From an uncultured Chloroflexia bacterium (lineage in GTDB: Bacteria > Chloroflexota > Limnocylindria > Limnocylindrales > CSP1-4): 64,000 bases of DNA. The stretch spans positions 280,855 to 344,854 of the forward strand of contig CAWDCJ010000001.1 of assembly GCA_963800795.1 (NCBI GenBank), written 5' to 3'. Positions 9,496 to 18,767 of this stretch are shown in pieces. Every line of letters begins with the position of its first letter. The first letter of the stretch is position 1. A program made the translations under genes and the position numbers. The notes below the pieces were generated by a model. It was given only the letters and a program-made list of their open reading frames with translations, was not told the origin of the DNA and did not search any database.

Positions 9496-10230
9496 TCAGG
9501 GCCGCGGGTAGCCGCGGATCCGGTACGTCCGGCCGGGCCTCGCGGCCGTGCCGCCGGACACCGTCTCGTCCTGGGCGGCCGAGGCCGTATCGGGCTCCAG
9601 CGGGCCGCGGCTCGGGCGTCTCGCCCTCGCGGCCGGCCGCTCCGGCTTCCCGCCGTCACCCGGCTGCGCGATCGACAGGCGCGCCAGCTCCCGGACCGGG
9701 GCTCCCGCGACGACGCTTCGGCCCACGACGAACGGACTGTTGAAGACGAGGTCGAGCGAAGGCTTGAGCTCGCCGCCCATCGCCGACCAGACGTCCGCGA
9801 TGGACCGGTCCGGCCCGAGCGGCATGGCGACGCTGATCATCGCCGGCAGCGGCTGCTCCGCCAGCGCTCCGGTCATCTCCGCCGGGCCGAGGGTCTCGTG
9901 GCGGAGGAGCGCGCCGAGACAGGCCGAGAGAAGCCGGTGCTCGTCCTCGGGCCGCTGTGTCCAGGCAGTCACCATGTACTGCAGCTTGTAGTGGCGGGGC
10001 GGCTGCTGATGGCCGCTCACGTATCCCTCGGCCGAGTAGATCGGGGCCCACGCGGCGTCCCGGCGGGAGAGGTCCTCGCGGATGTCGTAGAGATAGAGGT
10101 TGATGGTCGGCGCGTTCCGGCGGGCCGCCCAGTCCTTGGTCGGGGCTTCGAACAAGATTTCGACCTGGCTGCCGCTCAGCACCTCGGTCCGGATCAGGCC
10201 CCGGAGCGTCTCGTCGACTTCCTCGATCAT
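9496..10230 (-). CDS. DUF4255 / Pvc16_N-type tail terminator (cap) protein (Afp16-like)
   Basis: ORF 9496..10305; start at ATG 10230 (MIEEVDETLRGLIRTEV...). NLYLYDIRED and HYKLQYMVTAW motifs are typical of the family. It lies directly upstream of the ATPase. Confidence 0.8.
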   Translation of the reverse strand: MIEEVDETLRGLIRTEVLSGSQVEILFEAPTKDWAARRNAPTINLYLYDIREDLSRRDAAWAPIYSAEGYVSGHQQPPRHYKLQYMVTAWTQRPEDEHRLLSACLGALLRHETLGPAEMTGALAEQPLPAMISVAMPLGPDRSIADVWSAMGGELKPSLDLVFNSPFVVGRSVVAGAPVRELARLSIAQPGDGGKPERPAARARRPSRGPLEPDTASAAQDETVSGGTAARPGRTYRIRGYPRP

Positions 10231-10518
10231 CCGGTGCACCCCAGGCTGCAGGTCGCGGATCCGCCGGTCGCGGCCGGCCCGGAACCGACGCCCGGACAGG
10301 CGCACGCACGGTGACGGGCACGACCGCCCGCCGGGTCACCTTGGCAAGACGGGCGCCCGACGGCAAGCCGCCTCGGGGCAGCCGATCGGGTCACCGCCCG
10401 TGCCCGATGGGGCACCACGACCGGCCCGTTCGGCTGTCCGGACGCCCGTTGTCCTGGCCGGATGCCCGGTGCACGCTCGAGCGGTCCCTACCTCCGCAGC
10501 CCGGGAGGGCCGATCCGC
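10231..10518. promoter_or_regulatory. divergent control region between the cap/ATPase arm and the sheath operon (elements unresolved)
   Basis: 288-bp gap between divergent starts. Contains GGTGAC...GTCACC inverted half-sites (about 10301-10340), a second GGTCACC (about 10388) and a GGGAGGG RBS at 10503-10509. Confidence 0.3.
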
Positions 10519-12036
10519 ATGCCGAACTACCTTTCGCCTGGCGTCTACGTCGAGGAGGTCCAGGCCGCCTCGCGCCCCATCGAGGGGGTCGGGACGGCCG
10601 TTGCGGCCTTCGTCGGCCTGGCCCAGAGCGGGCCCGCCAACACACCGCTGATGGTGACGAACTGGACCCAGTTCGTGACCACGTTCGGTGACTTCATGGA
10701 GGGGTCGTACCTCGCCCACGCGGTCTACGGCTTCTTCCTCAACGGCGGGACGACCGCCTACGTCGTCCGGATCGGCGCCGACGGCGCCGGCGCGCCGACC
10801 GCCCGCCTGGAGCTGCCGAGCTCCACGGACAAGGGCCAGGCCGCGTTTCGCGTTGTTGCCCTGGAGGCCGGGTCCGCGGGCAACAATGTCTCGGTCGAAG
10901 TCAGCGACCCGTCCGAGCCGGGCGAAGGTGTCTTCAAGCTGGTCGTGACGCGCGGCAGCGAGACCGAGGTCTACGACAACGTCAGCCTCAAGAAGGGCCG
11001 CAACAACGTCTTCACCGCCACGAAGACCTCCAAGCTGGTCCGCCTGGAGGAGACGGCCAAGGGCGACGTGGCCCCCGCCACCGGCACGAAGGCCGTGCTC
11101 ACGGGCGGGACCGCCACGACCCCGACCCGCGTGACGCCGGACGAGTACGTCGGCAACTCGGCCGACCGCACCGGCTTCGGCGGCCTCGAGGCGATCGAAG
11201 AAGTGACGATGGTGGCCGCGCCGGACCTGATGGCGCTCTACCAGCGCGGGGTCATCGACCTCGAAGGCGTCAAGGCCGTCCAGCTTGCGATCATCGCCCA
11301 CTGCGAGCTGATGGGCGACCGCGTGGCGATCCTCGACGCTCCACCCGACTACAACGCCCAGCAGGTCAAGGAGTGGCGCCAGGACAAGGCGGGCTACGAT
11401 TCCAAGTACGCGACGCTCTACTGGCCCTGGATCAAGGTCTTCGACCCGATCGCCGGACAGGCGGCATTCGTACCGCCGTCCGGCCACATGGCCGGGATCT
11501 GGGCCCGCAGCGACGGGGAGCGGGGCGTCCACAAGGCGCCGGCGAACGAGATCGTGCGCGGCGCCATCTCGCTCGAGCTGAACCTCACCCGGGCGGAGCA
11601 CGACCAGCTGAACCCGATCGGGGTCAACTGCATCCGCACCTTCCCCGGCCGCGGGATCCGCGTCTGGGGTGCCCGGACGCTCTCCTCCGATCCCGCGTGG
11701 CGCTACCTCAACGTCCGCCGGCTCTTCAACTACATCGAGGAGTCGATCCTGCTCGGGACGCAGTGGGTGGTCTTCGAGCCGAACGACATGGACCTCTGGG
11801 AGCGCGTGAAGCGCACGATCGGGGCCTTCCTCGTCCGCACCTGGCGTGACGGCGCGCTGTTCGGCGCATCGCCGGCCGAGGCCTTCTACGTGAAATGCGA
11901 CGGCGAGAACAACACGGCCGAGTCGATCGACGCCGGCCAGCTGATCGTGGACATCGGAATCGCACCGGTGAAGCCGGCCGAGTTCGTGATCTTCCGCCTT
12001 GCCCAGTTCTCCGGCGGCACGTCCCTGACGGAGTGA
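10519..12036 (+). CDS. contractile tail sheath protein (Afp2-4/Cis2-like)
   Basis: ORF 10462..12036; start at ATG 10519 after a GGGAGGG RBS. The N-terminus MPNYLSPGVYVEEV and the C-terminal WRYLNVRRLFNYIEESI...YVKCD region are classic sheath motifs. Confidence 0.95.
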   Translation: MPNYLSPGVYVEEVQAASRPIEGVGTAVAAFVGLAQSGPANTPLMVTNWTQFVTTFGDFMEGSYLAHAVYGFFLNGGTTAYVVRIGADGAGAPTARLELPSSTDKGQAAFRVVALEAGSAGNNVSVEVSDPSEPGEGVFKLVVTRGSETEVYDNVSLKKGRNNVFTATKTSKLVRLEETAKGDVAPATGTKAVLTGGTATTPTRVTPDEYVGNSADRTGFGGLEAIEEVTMVAAPDLMALYQRGVIDLEGVKAVQLAIIAHCELMGDRVAILDAPPDYNAQQVKEWRQDKAGYDSKYATLYWPWIKVFDPIAGQAAFVPPSGHMAGIWARSDGERGVHKAPANEIVRGAISLELNLTRAEHDQLNPIGVNCIRTFPGRGIRVWGARTLSSDPAWRYLNVRRLFNYIEESILLGTQWVVFEPNDMDLWERVKRTIGAFLVRTWRDGALFGASPAEAFYVKCDGENNTAESIDAGQLIVDIGIAPVKPAEFVIFRLAQFSGGTSLTE

Positions 12037-12077
12037 CCGGCCCGACCACGAACCGACTGACAGGAGGACACTGACAC

Positions 12078-12536
12078 ATGCCAGCTGGAGTTCCCTCGCT
12101 GCCGCAGGATGCCCTGGTCGCGCAGCGCTTCAAGATCGAGGTCAAGGGGACGACGATCGCCACGTTCCAGGAGGTCAGTGGCATCGTCTCCGAGATCGAG
12201 GTCGTCACGCTCAAGTCCAACGACATCCTGGGCAAGCCGATCGTGAAGCAGATGATCGGCGCCCAGAAGCCGCCGACCATCACCCTCAAGCGTGCCGCCG
12301 ACGCGAGCATGGACCTGTGGAACTGGCACAAGGCCGCCCGTGATGGGGACCTCGTGGGCGCCCGCCGGGAAGGTTCCATCGTCCAGCTCGACTTCACCCA
12401 CGCCGAGGTCGCCCGCTACAACTTCTTCGATGCCTGGATCTCCAAGCTCGAGGCGACGGGCATGAAGGCCGGCGACAACACCCCGGCCGTGGAGAGCGTG
12501 ACGATCGTGTGCGAGCGGCTCGAGCGGGTGAAGTGA
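12078..12536 (+). CDS. tail tube protein (T4 gp19-like; Afp1/Cis1-like)
   Basis: 152-aa ORF with an AGGAGGA RBS upstream. FKIEVKG...FQEVSGI...ITLKR pattern of eCIS tube proteins. Confidence 0.9.
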   Translation: MPAGVPSLPQDALVAQRFKIEVKGTTIATFQEVSGIVSEIEVVTLKSNDILGKPIVKQMIGAQKPPTITLKRAADASMDLWNWHKAARDGDLVGARREGSIVQLDFTHAEVARYNFFDAWISKLEATGMKAGDNTPAVESVTIVCERLERVK

Positions 12537-12537
12537 G

Positions 12538-12969
12538 GTGGTGCTCGACCTGATCGCAGGGCCGGCCGCCATGCGCGCGCCCGGCCCTGCGCCGGCGGGC
12601 CTGCGGACCGAGTTCCCGTTCGTGCTTCCCCGCGGCTACCTGGACGACGCGGGCGTCCTTCACCGCGAGGGCTCCATGCGCCTCGCGACGGCCCGGGACG
12701 AGATCGCCCCGCTCCGCGACCCTCGCGTCCGCGACAACGAGGCCTACCTGACGGTGCTCCTGCTCAGCGAGGTCGTGACAAGGCTGGGCACCGTCCCGCA
12801 GGTGACGCCACGCGTCATCGAGGGGATGTTCGCGTCGGACCTGGCGTTCCTGCAGGACCTGTACCGACGGGTCAACCAGGAGGGGACGTCGCAGGCCGCC
12901 GTGACCTGTCCGTCCTGCCAGCACGAGTTCAGCGTGGAGATCGGGGGCGCCTCGCCGGGGGGGTCGTGA
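12538..12969 (+). CDS. tail-assembly-chaperone-like protein (eCIS conserved ORF between tube and tape measure)
   Basis: 143-aa ORF with a GTG start 2 nt after the tube stop. FPFVLPRGY..HREGSMRLATARDEI...DLAFLQDLY resembles phage tail assembly chaperones. The position (tube, then this ORF, then tape measure) fits. Confidence 0.6.
   Translation: MVLDLIAGPAAMRAPGPAPAGLRTEFPFVLPRGYLDDAGVLHREGSMRLATARDEIAPLRDPRVRDNEAYLTVLLLSEVVTRLGTVPQVTPRVIEGMFASDLAFLQDLYRRVNQEGTSQAAVTCPSCQHEFSVEIGGASPGGS
12957..12963 (+). other. G7 homopolymer phased as G_GGG_GGG at the end of the chaperone-like ORF: candidate -1 frameshift or slippage site
   Basis: Codons ccg ggg ggg tcg tga. A -1 slip enters the frame of the small ORF 12966..13124 (..PGG|VVTYAADRLFEE..). 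Confidence 0.4.
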
Positions 12970-13124
12970 CGTACGCGGCCGACCGCCTCTTCGAGGAGGT
13001 CGCGTACGTCGCCTACCACTTTCATTGGCCGATGAACGAGATCCTCGACCTGGAGCACCCGGACCGGGCTCGCTTCGTCGCGGAGATCGCGGGAATCAAC
13101 CGGCGCCTGACCGAAGAGGAGTGA
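12966..13124 (+). CDS. small conserved eCIS-linked ORF (52 aa) in the -1 frame relative to the chaperone-like ORF
   Basis: Not in the ORF track (under 60 aa). Hand translation gives VTYAADRLFEEVAYVAYHFHWPMNEILDLEHPDRARFVAEIAGINRRLTEEE. GTG overlaps the upstream stop (GTGA). Third codon positions are G/C-rich. Confidence 0.55.
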   Translation: MTYAADRLFEEVAYVAYHFHWPMNEILDLEHPDRARFVAEIAGINRRLTEEE

Positions 13125-14479
13125 GCCCGTCGTGCGCTGGCCGTTCACCAACTTGTTTCGCGGGGCAGCGGCCCGCGAGGATGCCTCGTCCGCTGGGATC
13201 GAGACGGCGTCTCCAGGGGCCGACGAGCCTGCCGATCCCGGGCCCGCCGGTGAGTCGCGCCCGGCAGCCTGGCGGGACCTGCCCCCGGTGCAGCGCGCCG
13301 TCGGGGCGGCGCCCGTCACCGCGCCCAGCACGGCATTCGCGCGTGGCCTGGCCGGTCGGCGGGTGCCCGACCCGATGCTGGCGCCGCTCGCGCACGACAT
13401 GATGGCCGACGGGCCCGCGGGGCTGGTGAGTGGCCTCGCCGTGCCGCTGGTCCCGCGTGCCCCGTCCGTTTCCGATCCACGGTCCGCCGCCGACCTGCCG
13501 GCGCCCGCCGCCGATCGCATGCGTCCCCGGCCACGCGGCACGGTGTCGACGGCGGCGGCCAGTCCCCGCCTGGCCGGTCGGGAGGACGCGGCGGCCGACA
13601 CGAACGACCAGGGCGCGGCAGCCGTGCCCGGTGACATGGCGACGGCCGGTGGGCCGGAGTCAGGTCTCCCGACGATTGCGCAACGCGTCCTGCCGGTGGC
13701 CCGGATGGCCGCGAGCGGTCCGGCCGCGAGCGGGCCTGCCGCGCCCGCGCTGGCCATCGCGGCGACCCGGGTCGGCGAGGCCACCGCCCCCGCCCCGATC
13801 GTCGCGCGCGCGGTCCCGCTCGTGCCCGCCACAGCCGGATCCGCCATCGCCCCGGGGGCCTCGGAGCTGCCGGCGTCGACCACGGCCCCGGATGGCACCG
13901 GGCTGGCGAGTGGCCCCGTCGGGGAGCGGGCCGCCGACACCGGCCCAGGTGCCCGCGGATGGGGTCGATCGCGGGCCCGTGATCATCGGCAGGCGAACCC
14001 TGGGCGAGTCCCGCCGCCTTGGCCTGGGGGCGCCGCTGGCGGGGATCCCGCCGACGGCTGCACGGACGAAGGGACGTGCGGACCTGCCCGTGGCGCGGCT
14101 CGCCTCCCCGGCGTCGGCGCCGCCCGATCCGGCGTCCGTGGCGCGGGCGGTCCCGCCCCCCGTGGCCGCCGCCGCGGCGACGCAGGCGCCGCTTCCGCGG
14201 CTCGTGGTCGCGCGCCGGCCGCCGTTGGTTACGGGCTCTGGGTCGGGGACGGGTCCTGCGGACTCCGGACGTGAGGCCGAACGTCCCCTCGCGTCGCCCG
14301 CCGCGGTTGCCGCCGATACGGGTTCCGCCGGTTCGGTGGACGACACGACCGAGGCGACGCGCCTGGACCCGGCGCAGGGCGGGCGCACCGACGGCGGCGG
14401 CTCCGGCCCGGCTCGGCCGCTGGTCGGGGAGCAGCCGATCGCGGTGTCGGACCTGGCCCCCGGGGAGGCGCACGCGAAC

Positions 14480-14506
14480 GCCGACGCCGACGCCGATGCC
14501 GACGCC
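14480..14506 (+). repeat. (GCCGAY)n hexamer repeat encoding ADADADADA
   Basis: Read directly: gcc gac gcc gac gcc gat gcc gac gcc. Confidence 0.85.
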
Positions 14507-14599
14507 CGCGCCTTCGGGACCCTGCCGCTGCAACGCGCCACGCTGCCTCGTCCGCCGAGCGACGTCTCGGCCGCCGGTCGCGGCAGCGACGGTGACGGT

Positions 14600-14631
14600 G
14601 TGCCCGCTGACGGTCGTGCCCGCTGACGGCC
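14600..14631 (+). repeat. 16-bp direct tandem duplication (gtgcccgctgacgg + 2 nt, two copies)
   Basis: Copy 1 is at 14600-14613 and copy 2 at 14616-29. Each encodes VPADG, but in different frames. Confidence 0.85.
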
Positions 14632-15423
14632 CGCCCTTGCAGCGCAGCCGGGCGTCGGACGCGGCGGCTTCGCCGTCGCCGCCGGCCGGAGCTCAGCCGG
14701 CGCTCCGCGGCGCGCCCGCGACGGCCCCGTTGGTCGCCGGTCGCTCGGCGCGCCCGGGCGTGTCGCTGCCGGTCGCCACCCTGGCGCGCGCCACTTCGGC
14801 CGATCCGGCTGCGGTCACCAGCCGTCTCGCGACCCCGGTCTCGCCCGCCTTCGGAGGAGGGCAGGAGCGGGTTCCTGCAGCGGCCCGGGACGTGGCTCGT
14901 CCCGCGCCGTCCGCCGCGCCGGCCGCGGCCCTCCAGCGCGAGGAGCGCACGACCGCGGCGCGGGCAACGACGCTCGCCGATCGAGGATCGGGGTCCGCGG
15001 CGGCGACCGCGCTGCCGCTCATGCGCTCGTCGGCGACCGCGGCCGCGCCCGCCGCATTCCCGGCCGCCTTCGCGGCTGCCGGCCCGGACGATGCCGTCGG
15101 ATGGTCGCCCGCGACCGGGTTCACGAGCTTCGCCGCGCAGCCCGGTCCGTTCGTCCAGCGCGCCGTCCAGATCGATGAGCTGGCGGTCACGCCGGCGGGG
15201 GACGGCGCTGGCGGTGCGGCTCCCGAAACTGCGGGATCGGCTGCGGGTCCGTCAGGCGCGACCGCTGCGGGCGGCGAGGGCACCGACTACGAGGAGCTCG
15301 CGGAGCAGGTCTACGACAAGATCCGCGCGCGGCTGATGACGGAGCTGCTCCTGGACCGGGAGCGGGCCGGAATGCTGGTGGACTGGTGAGCGCCGCCGCA
15401 CGCCGGGTTACCGGGAGGTCGCG

Positions 15424-15849
15424 ATGAGCGATCCGGAGTACGGCCTCGTCCTTCGCTTCAAGGTCACCCTGGACGGCCACACGGAGCTCGGCGCCTGGAC
15501 CAAGTGCGAGGGCCTGTCCGTCGAGTACGACGTCCAGGAGATCAAGGAAGGCGGCCAGAACGACTACATCCACCGGCTCGCGGGCCGCGCGAAGTACCAG
15601 AACATCAAGCTGACCCGGCCGATCGACAAGGACACCGGCAAGGTCGCGACATGGCTGGCCTCCGTCGCCAGCGAACCGAAGCGCTCGACCGCGGAGATCC
15701 AGCTCCTCGACGCGGGCGGCACCAAGGTCACCTCGTGGAAGCTCGCGGGCGTCTACCCGGCGAAGTGGTCGGGGCCGACCCTTGACACGGGCACGAACCA
15801 GGTTGCGCTCGAGGTCCTCGAGCTCGTCCATAACGGGTTCACGCGATGA
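15424..15849 (+). CDS. second tail tube paralogue (Afp5-like)
   Basis: 141-aa ORF. FKVTLDG...WTKCEGLSVEYDV..IKEGG and LTRP patterns are shared with T4 gp19-like tube proteins. Confidence 0.85.
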   Translation: MSDPEYGLVLRFKVTLDGHTELGAWTKCEGLSVEYDVQEIKEGGQNDYIHRLAGRAKYQNIKLTRPIDKDTGKVATWLASVASEPKRSTAEIQLLDAGGTKVTSWKLAGVYPAKWSGPTLDTGTNQVALEVLELVHNGFTR

Positions 15850-16568
15850 TGCTCAGCGGCGGCCAACTCAAGCATGCGGTCCTGCGGGTCGAAGGCGGTG
15901 CCCAGGCGCCAGCCGATGGCGGGGAAGCCGTCGGCGAGCTTCAGTTCATGTACAACCCGGCCGAGATCACGACGAGCAAGGCCGCGAACTGGAACCGCCC
16001 GCCGGCTCGCGGCGCCCGCTCCGCGAGCAAGCCCGAGTACCACGGCGCGGGGCCGCAGTCGTTCCAGATGGAGGTCTGGTTCGACGCCTGGGACGACGCC
16101 GACGCGGACGTCACCCGGAGCGTGAAGGCGCTCCTCAACTGGACGAAGCCAACCAAGGCGTCGATGGACAAGGTGCCCCAGCCCCCGATCCTGACCGTCG
16201 AGTGGGGCGCGAGCCAGGTCTTCCAGGACTACCGCTGCTTCCTGAAGTCGGTCTCGGCGAAGTACGTCCTCTTCAAGCCCGACGGCACGCCGATCCGGGC
16301 CAGCTGCACGATCAGCCTCGAGGAGATCCCGGAGGAGCCGCAGGGCACGAACCCGACCTCCGGGTCCCGCGAGAGCCGGCGGAGCCTCGTCCTCGACGAG
16401 GGCGACAGCCTCGCCGGCGTCGCCTATCGCGAGTACGGCGACCCAAGCCTGTGGCGGGGGATCGCCGCCTTCAACGCGATCGACGATCCGATGCGGCTCA
16501 GTCCGGGAACGCGCGTGCTGGTGCCGTCCCTGGTCGAGGCCAGGCAGCTCTCCGGCCGGGAGTCCTGA
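15846..16568 (+). CDS. tube-initiator / LysM-domain baseplate hub protein (Afp7-like)
   Basis: 240-aa ORF with an ATGA overlap to the upstream gene. N-terminal tube-like fold motif FMYNPAEI and a C-terminal LysM (GDSLAGVAYREYGDPSLWRGIAAFNAIDDPMRLSPGTRVLVP). Confidence 0.85.
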   Translation: MMLSGGQLKHAVLRVEGGAQAPADGGEAVGELQFMYNPAEITTSKAANWNRPPARGARSASKPEYHGAGPQSFQMEVWFDAWDDADADVTRSVKALLNWTKPTKASMDKVPQPPILTVEWGASQVFQDYRCFLKSVSAKYVLFKPDGTPIRASCTISLEEIPEEPQGTNPTSGSRESRRSLVLDEGDSLAGVAYREYGDPSLWRGIAAFNAIDDPMRLSPGTRVLVPSLVEARQLSGRES

Positions 16569-16571
16569 GCG

Positions 16572-18351
16572 ATGCCCGACGCCCCGGTCGCCACGTTCTT
16601 CCGGATCGAGATCGACGGCCAGCCGCTCGACCCCGCCGTGGTTTCGAGCGTTCTCCACCTCACCGTGGACGACCATCTCGTGCTCCCCGACACGTTCGAG
16701 ATCGTGCTCCAGGAGACGCCGGACAGGGACGTGGCCAACAAGGCGCACGCGAGGATCGGGTCGAGGGTCACCATCTCCGGGCGGGCGCTCAGCGACCATG
16801 CGCCGATGCCGCTCTTCACCGGCGAGGTGACGGCGCTCGAGGGCGAGTACCGCGAGGCCAAGGCGCCGACGTTGGTCATCCGTGGCTACGACCAGGGCCA
16901 CCGGCTCATGCACGGGCGGCGCTCGGCCGTGTTCCGGCAGCAGAAGTACTCGGATATCGCGCAGCAGATGGCAACGCAGCTGGGGCTCGATGTCGGGACC
17001 ATCGCTGACTCGCGGACCGTGTTCGAGTACGTCCACCAGGCAGGCCAGACCGCCTGGGAGTTCCTGACCGACAAGGCAGACGAGGTCGGCTTCCAGGTCG
17101 GCGTGAACGATGGCAAGTTCAACTTCGCCCCGCCGCCGGCCGCGTCGAGCGGCCCCGATGCCGGCGACCTCAACAGCACCAACCCGCTCCAGCTGGTCTT
17201 CGGTCAGGAGCTGAAGGAGTTCCACCCACGGATGACGGCCGGGAGCCAGGTGGCCAAGCGTCAGCGTTCTCGGCTGGGACCCGTCCAGCAAGAGCAGCGC
17301 TGATCGCGCGAGGAACCGACCACGGCGAGCGGCGTTCAGCTGTCGGACACGCCGCCATCCGTGGTTACCGCGTTCGGCTCGCCCGGGTACGTGAGCGGGG
17401 ACAGGCCACGCACCACGCAGGCCGTCGTGGAGGCCGCCGCCAAGTCCCACGCCGAGCAGCACGGCAGCGCCTTCGCGGGGGCGACCGGGATCGCTGACGG
17501 CAACCCCAGGCTCAAGGCCGGCGCATCGGTCAACGTCTCCCTGGTCGCCGCGCCCTTTGCCGGGCGCTACACGCTGACGCACACCCGCCACGTCTTCGAC
17601 AAGAAGGGCTACCGCGTGCACCTCGACATGAGCGGTCTCCAGGAGCGGACGCTCCTGTCACTGGCCTCGGGTGGCGGCGGTGGCGCCGGTTCGGGGAGCG
17701 GCGGTGGCGGCGGTTCCGGGGGCTCCGTGCGAGGCGTGCAGATCGGCCTGGTGACGGACAACCAGGACCCGGACAACCAGGGGCGCGTCCGGGTGCAGCT
17801 GCCCTACTTCGGACCTGACTTCGTGACCAACTGGGCCCGGGTCGTCGCTCCCGGAAACGGCCAGAACCGGGGCTTCGTGTGGATTCCCGAGGTCCACGAC
17901 GAGGTCCTCGTCGCGTTCGACCACGGGGACATCAGCGAGCCGTACGTGCTGGGCGGCCTCTGGAATGGCAAGGACCCACCCCCGCCGATCGAGCTCGACG
18001 GGGACCACCTCGAAGGCCCGCAAGATCGTCAGCCGGACCGGCCAGAAGCTCGTCTTCTCGGACGAGTCGGGCAAGGAGGGGATCCTGATCTCCTCCGCCG
18101 ACGGCACGATCTCGGTCCTGGTGGACTCGGCCAACAAGAAGGTCGTGATCACGTCCGACGGGAGCGGAACCGTGGAGATGAAGAGCGGGGGCGACTTCAC
18201 GATCGACTCCCAGGGCTCCGTGAAGATCAGCGGCACAGCCGGTGTCGAGATCAGCTCGTCGGCGAGCACGAAGGTGAGCGGAGATGGCCAGCTCTCGCTG
18301 GAGTCCTCGGGCATCACGTCCGTCAAGGGCTCCCAGGTCTCGCTGGGCTGA
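16572..18351 (+). pseudogene. VgrG-like spike (gpD + gp5 OB + beta-helix; Afp8-like), three frame changes in this assembly
   Basis: The gpD-like N-terminus is in ORF 16572..17303. A short excursion to another frame at 17257-17299 reads SVSVLGWDPSSKSSA. The sequence returns to the frame of ORF 17361..18764 (Gly-rich linker, then VTDNQDPDNQGRVRVQLPYF ... GGLWNGKDPPP). It switches near 18012-18020 to ORF 17965..18351 (RKIVSRTGQKLVFSDESG ... beta-helix). Confidence 0.9.
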
Positions 18352-18362
18352 GGAGGGCCGCC

Positions 18363-18764
18363 ATGCTCAATGACGAGTTCATCGGCGCCGGCTGGGCATT
18401 CCCCCTGCGGACCGACGCGGCCGGCGGGATCGCCCTGGTCACCCGGGAACGCGAGATCGAGGAAAGCATCCGGCTGATCCTGGGAACGGCCCACGGGGAG
18501 CGCCCCATGCGCCCCGAGTTCGGCTGCGGCATCCACGACGAGATCTTCGCCCTGGCCGACGCGGCCACGTTCGCCCGGATTGCCGCCGACGTGCGCCGCT
18601 CGCTGCGCCGCTGGGAGCCGCGCATCGACGTTCGCGACGTGGAGGTGACGGCGGACCCGGACGACCAATCCACGCTCTACATCGACATTCGCTACTCGAT
18701 CGGGTCGGCCAACAACCCGCGCAACCTCGTCTTCCCGTTCTACCTGATTCCCGCGGAGGAGTGA
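18363..18764 (+). CDS. baseplate wedge protein, GPW/gp25 family (Afp9-like)
   Basis: ATG 18363 within ORF 17361..18764. MLNDEFIGAGWAFPLR...ESIRLILGTAHGERPMRPEFGCGIHD is the gp25 signature. Confidence 0.9.
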   Translation: MLNDEFIGAGWAFPLRTDAAGGIALVTREREIEESIRLILGTAHGERPMRPEFGCGIHDEIFALADAATFARIAADVRRSLRRWEPRIDVRDVEVTADPDDQSTLYIDIRYSIGSANNPRNLVFPFYLIPAEE

Positions 18765-18767
18765 GCG

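Larger units (their letters stand above)
13132..15389 (+). pseudogene. Ala/Pro-rich tape-measure-like protein, two frame breaks in this assembly
   Basis: Sensible sequence runs through three frames: ORF 13132..14274 up to about 13940, ORF 13430..14626 up to 14626, and ORF 14019..15389 from about 14616. Conserved-looking C-terminus YEELAEQVYDKIRARLMTELLLDRERAGMLVDW. The position after the chaperone-like ORF fits a tape measure. Confidence 0.6.
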
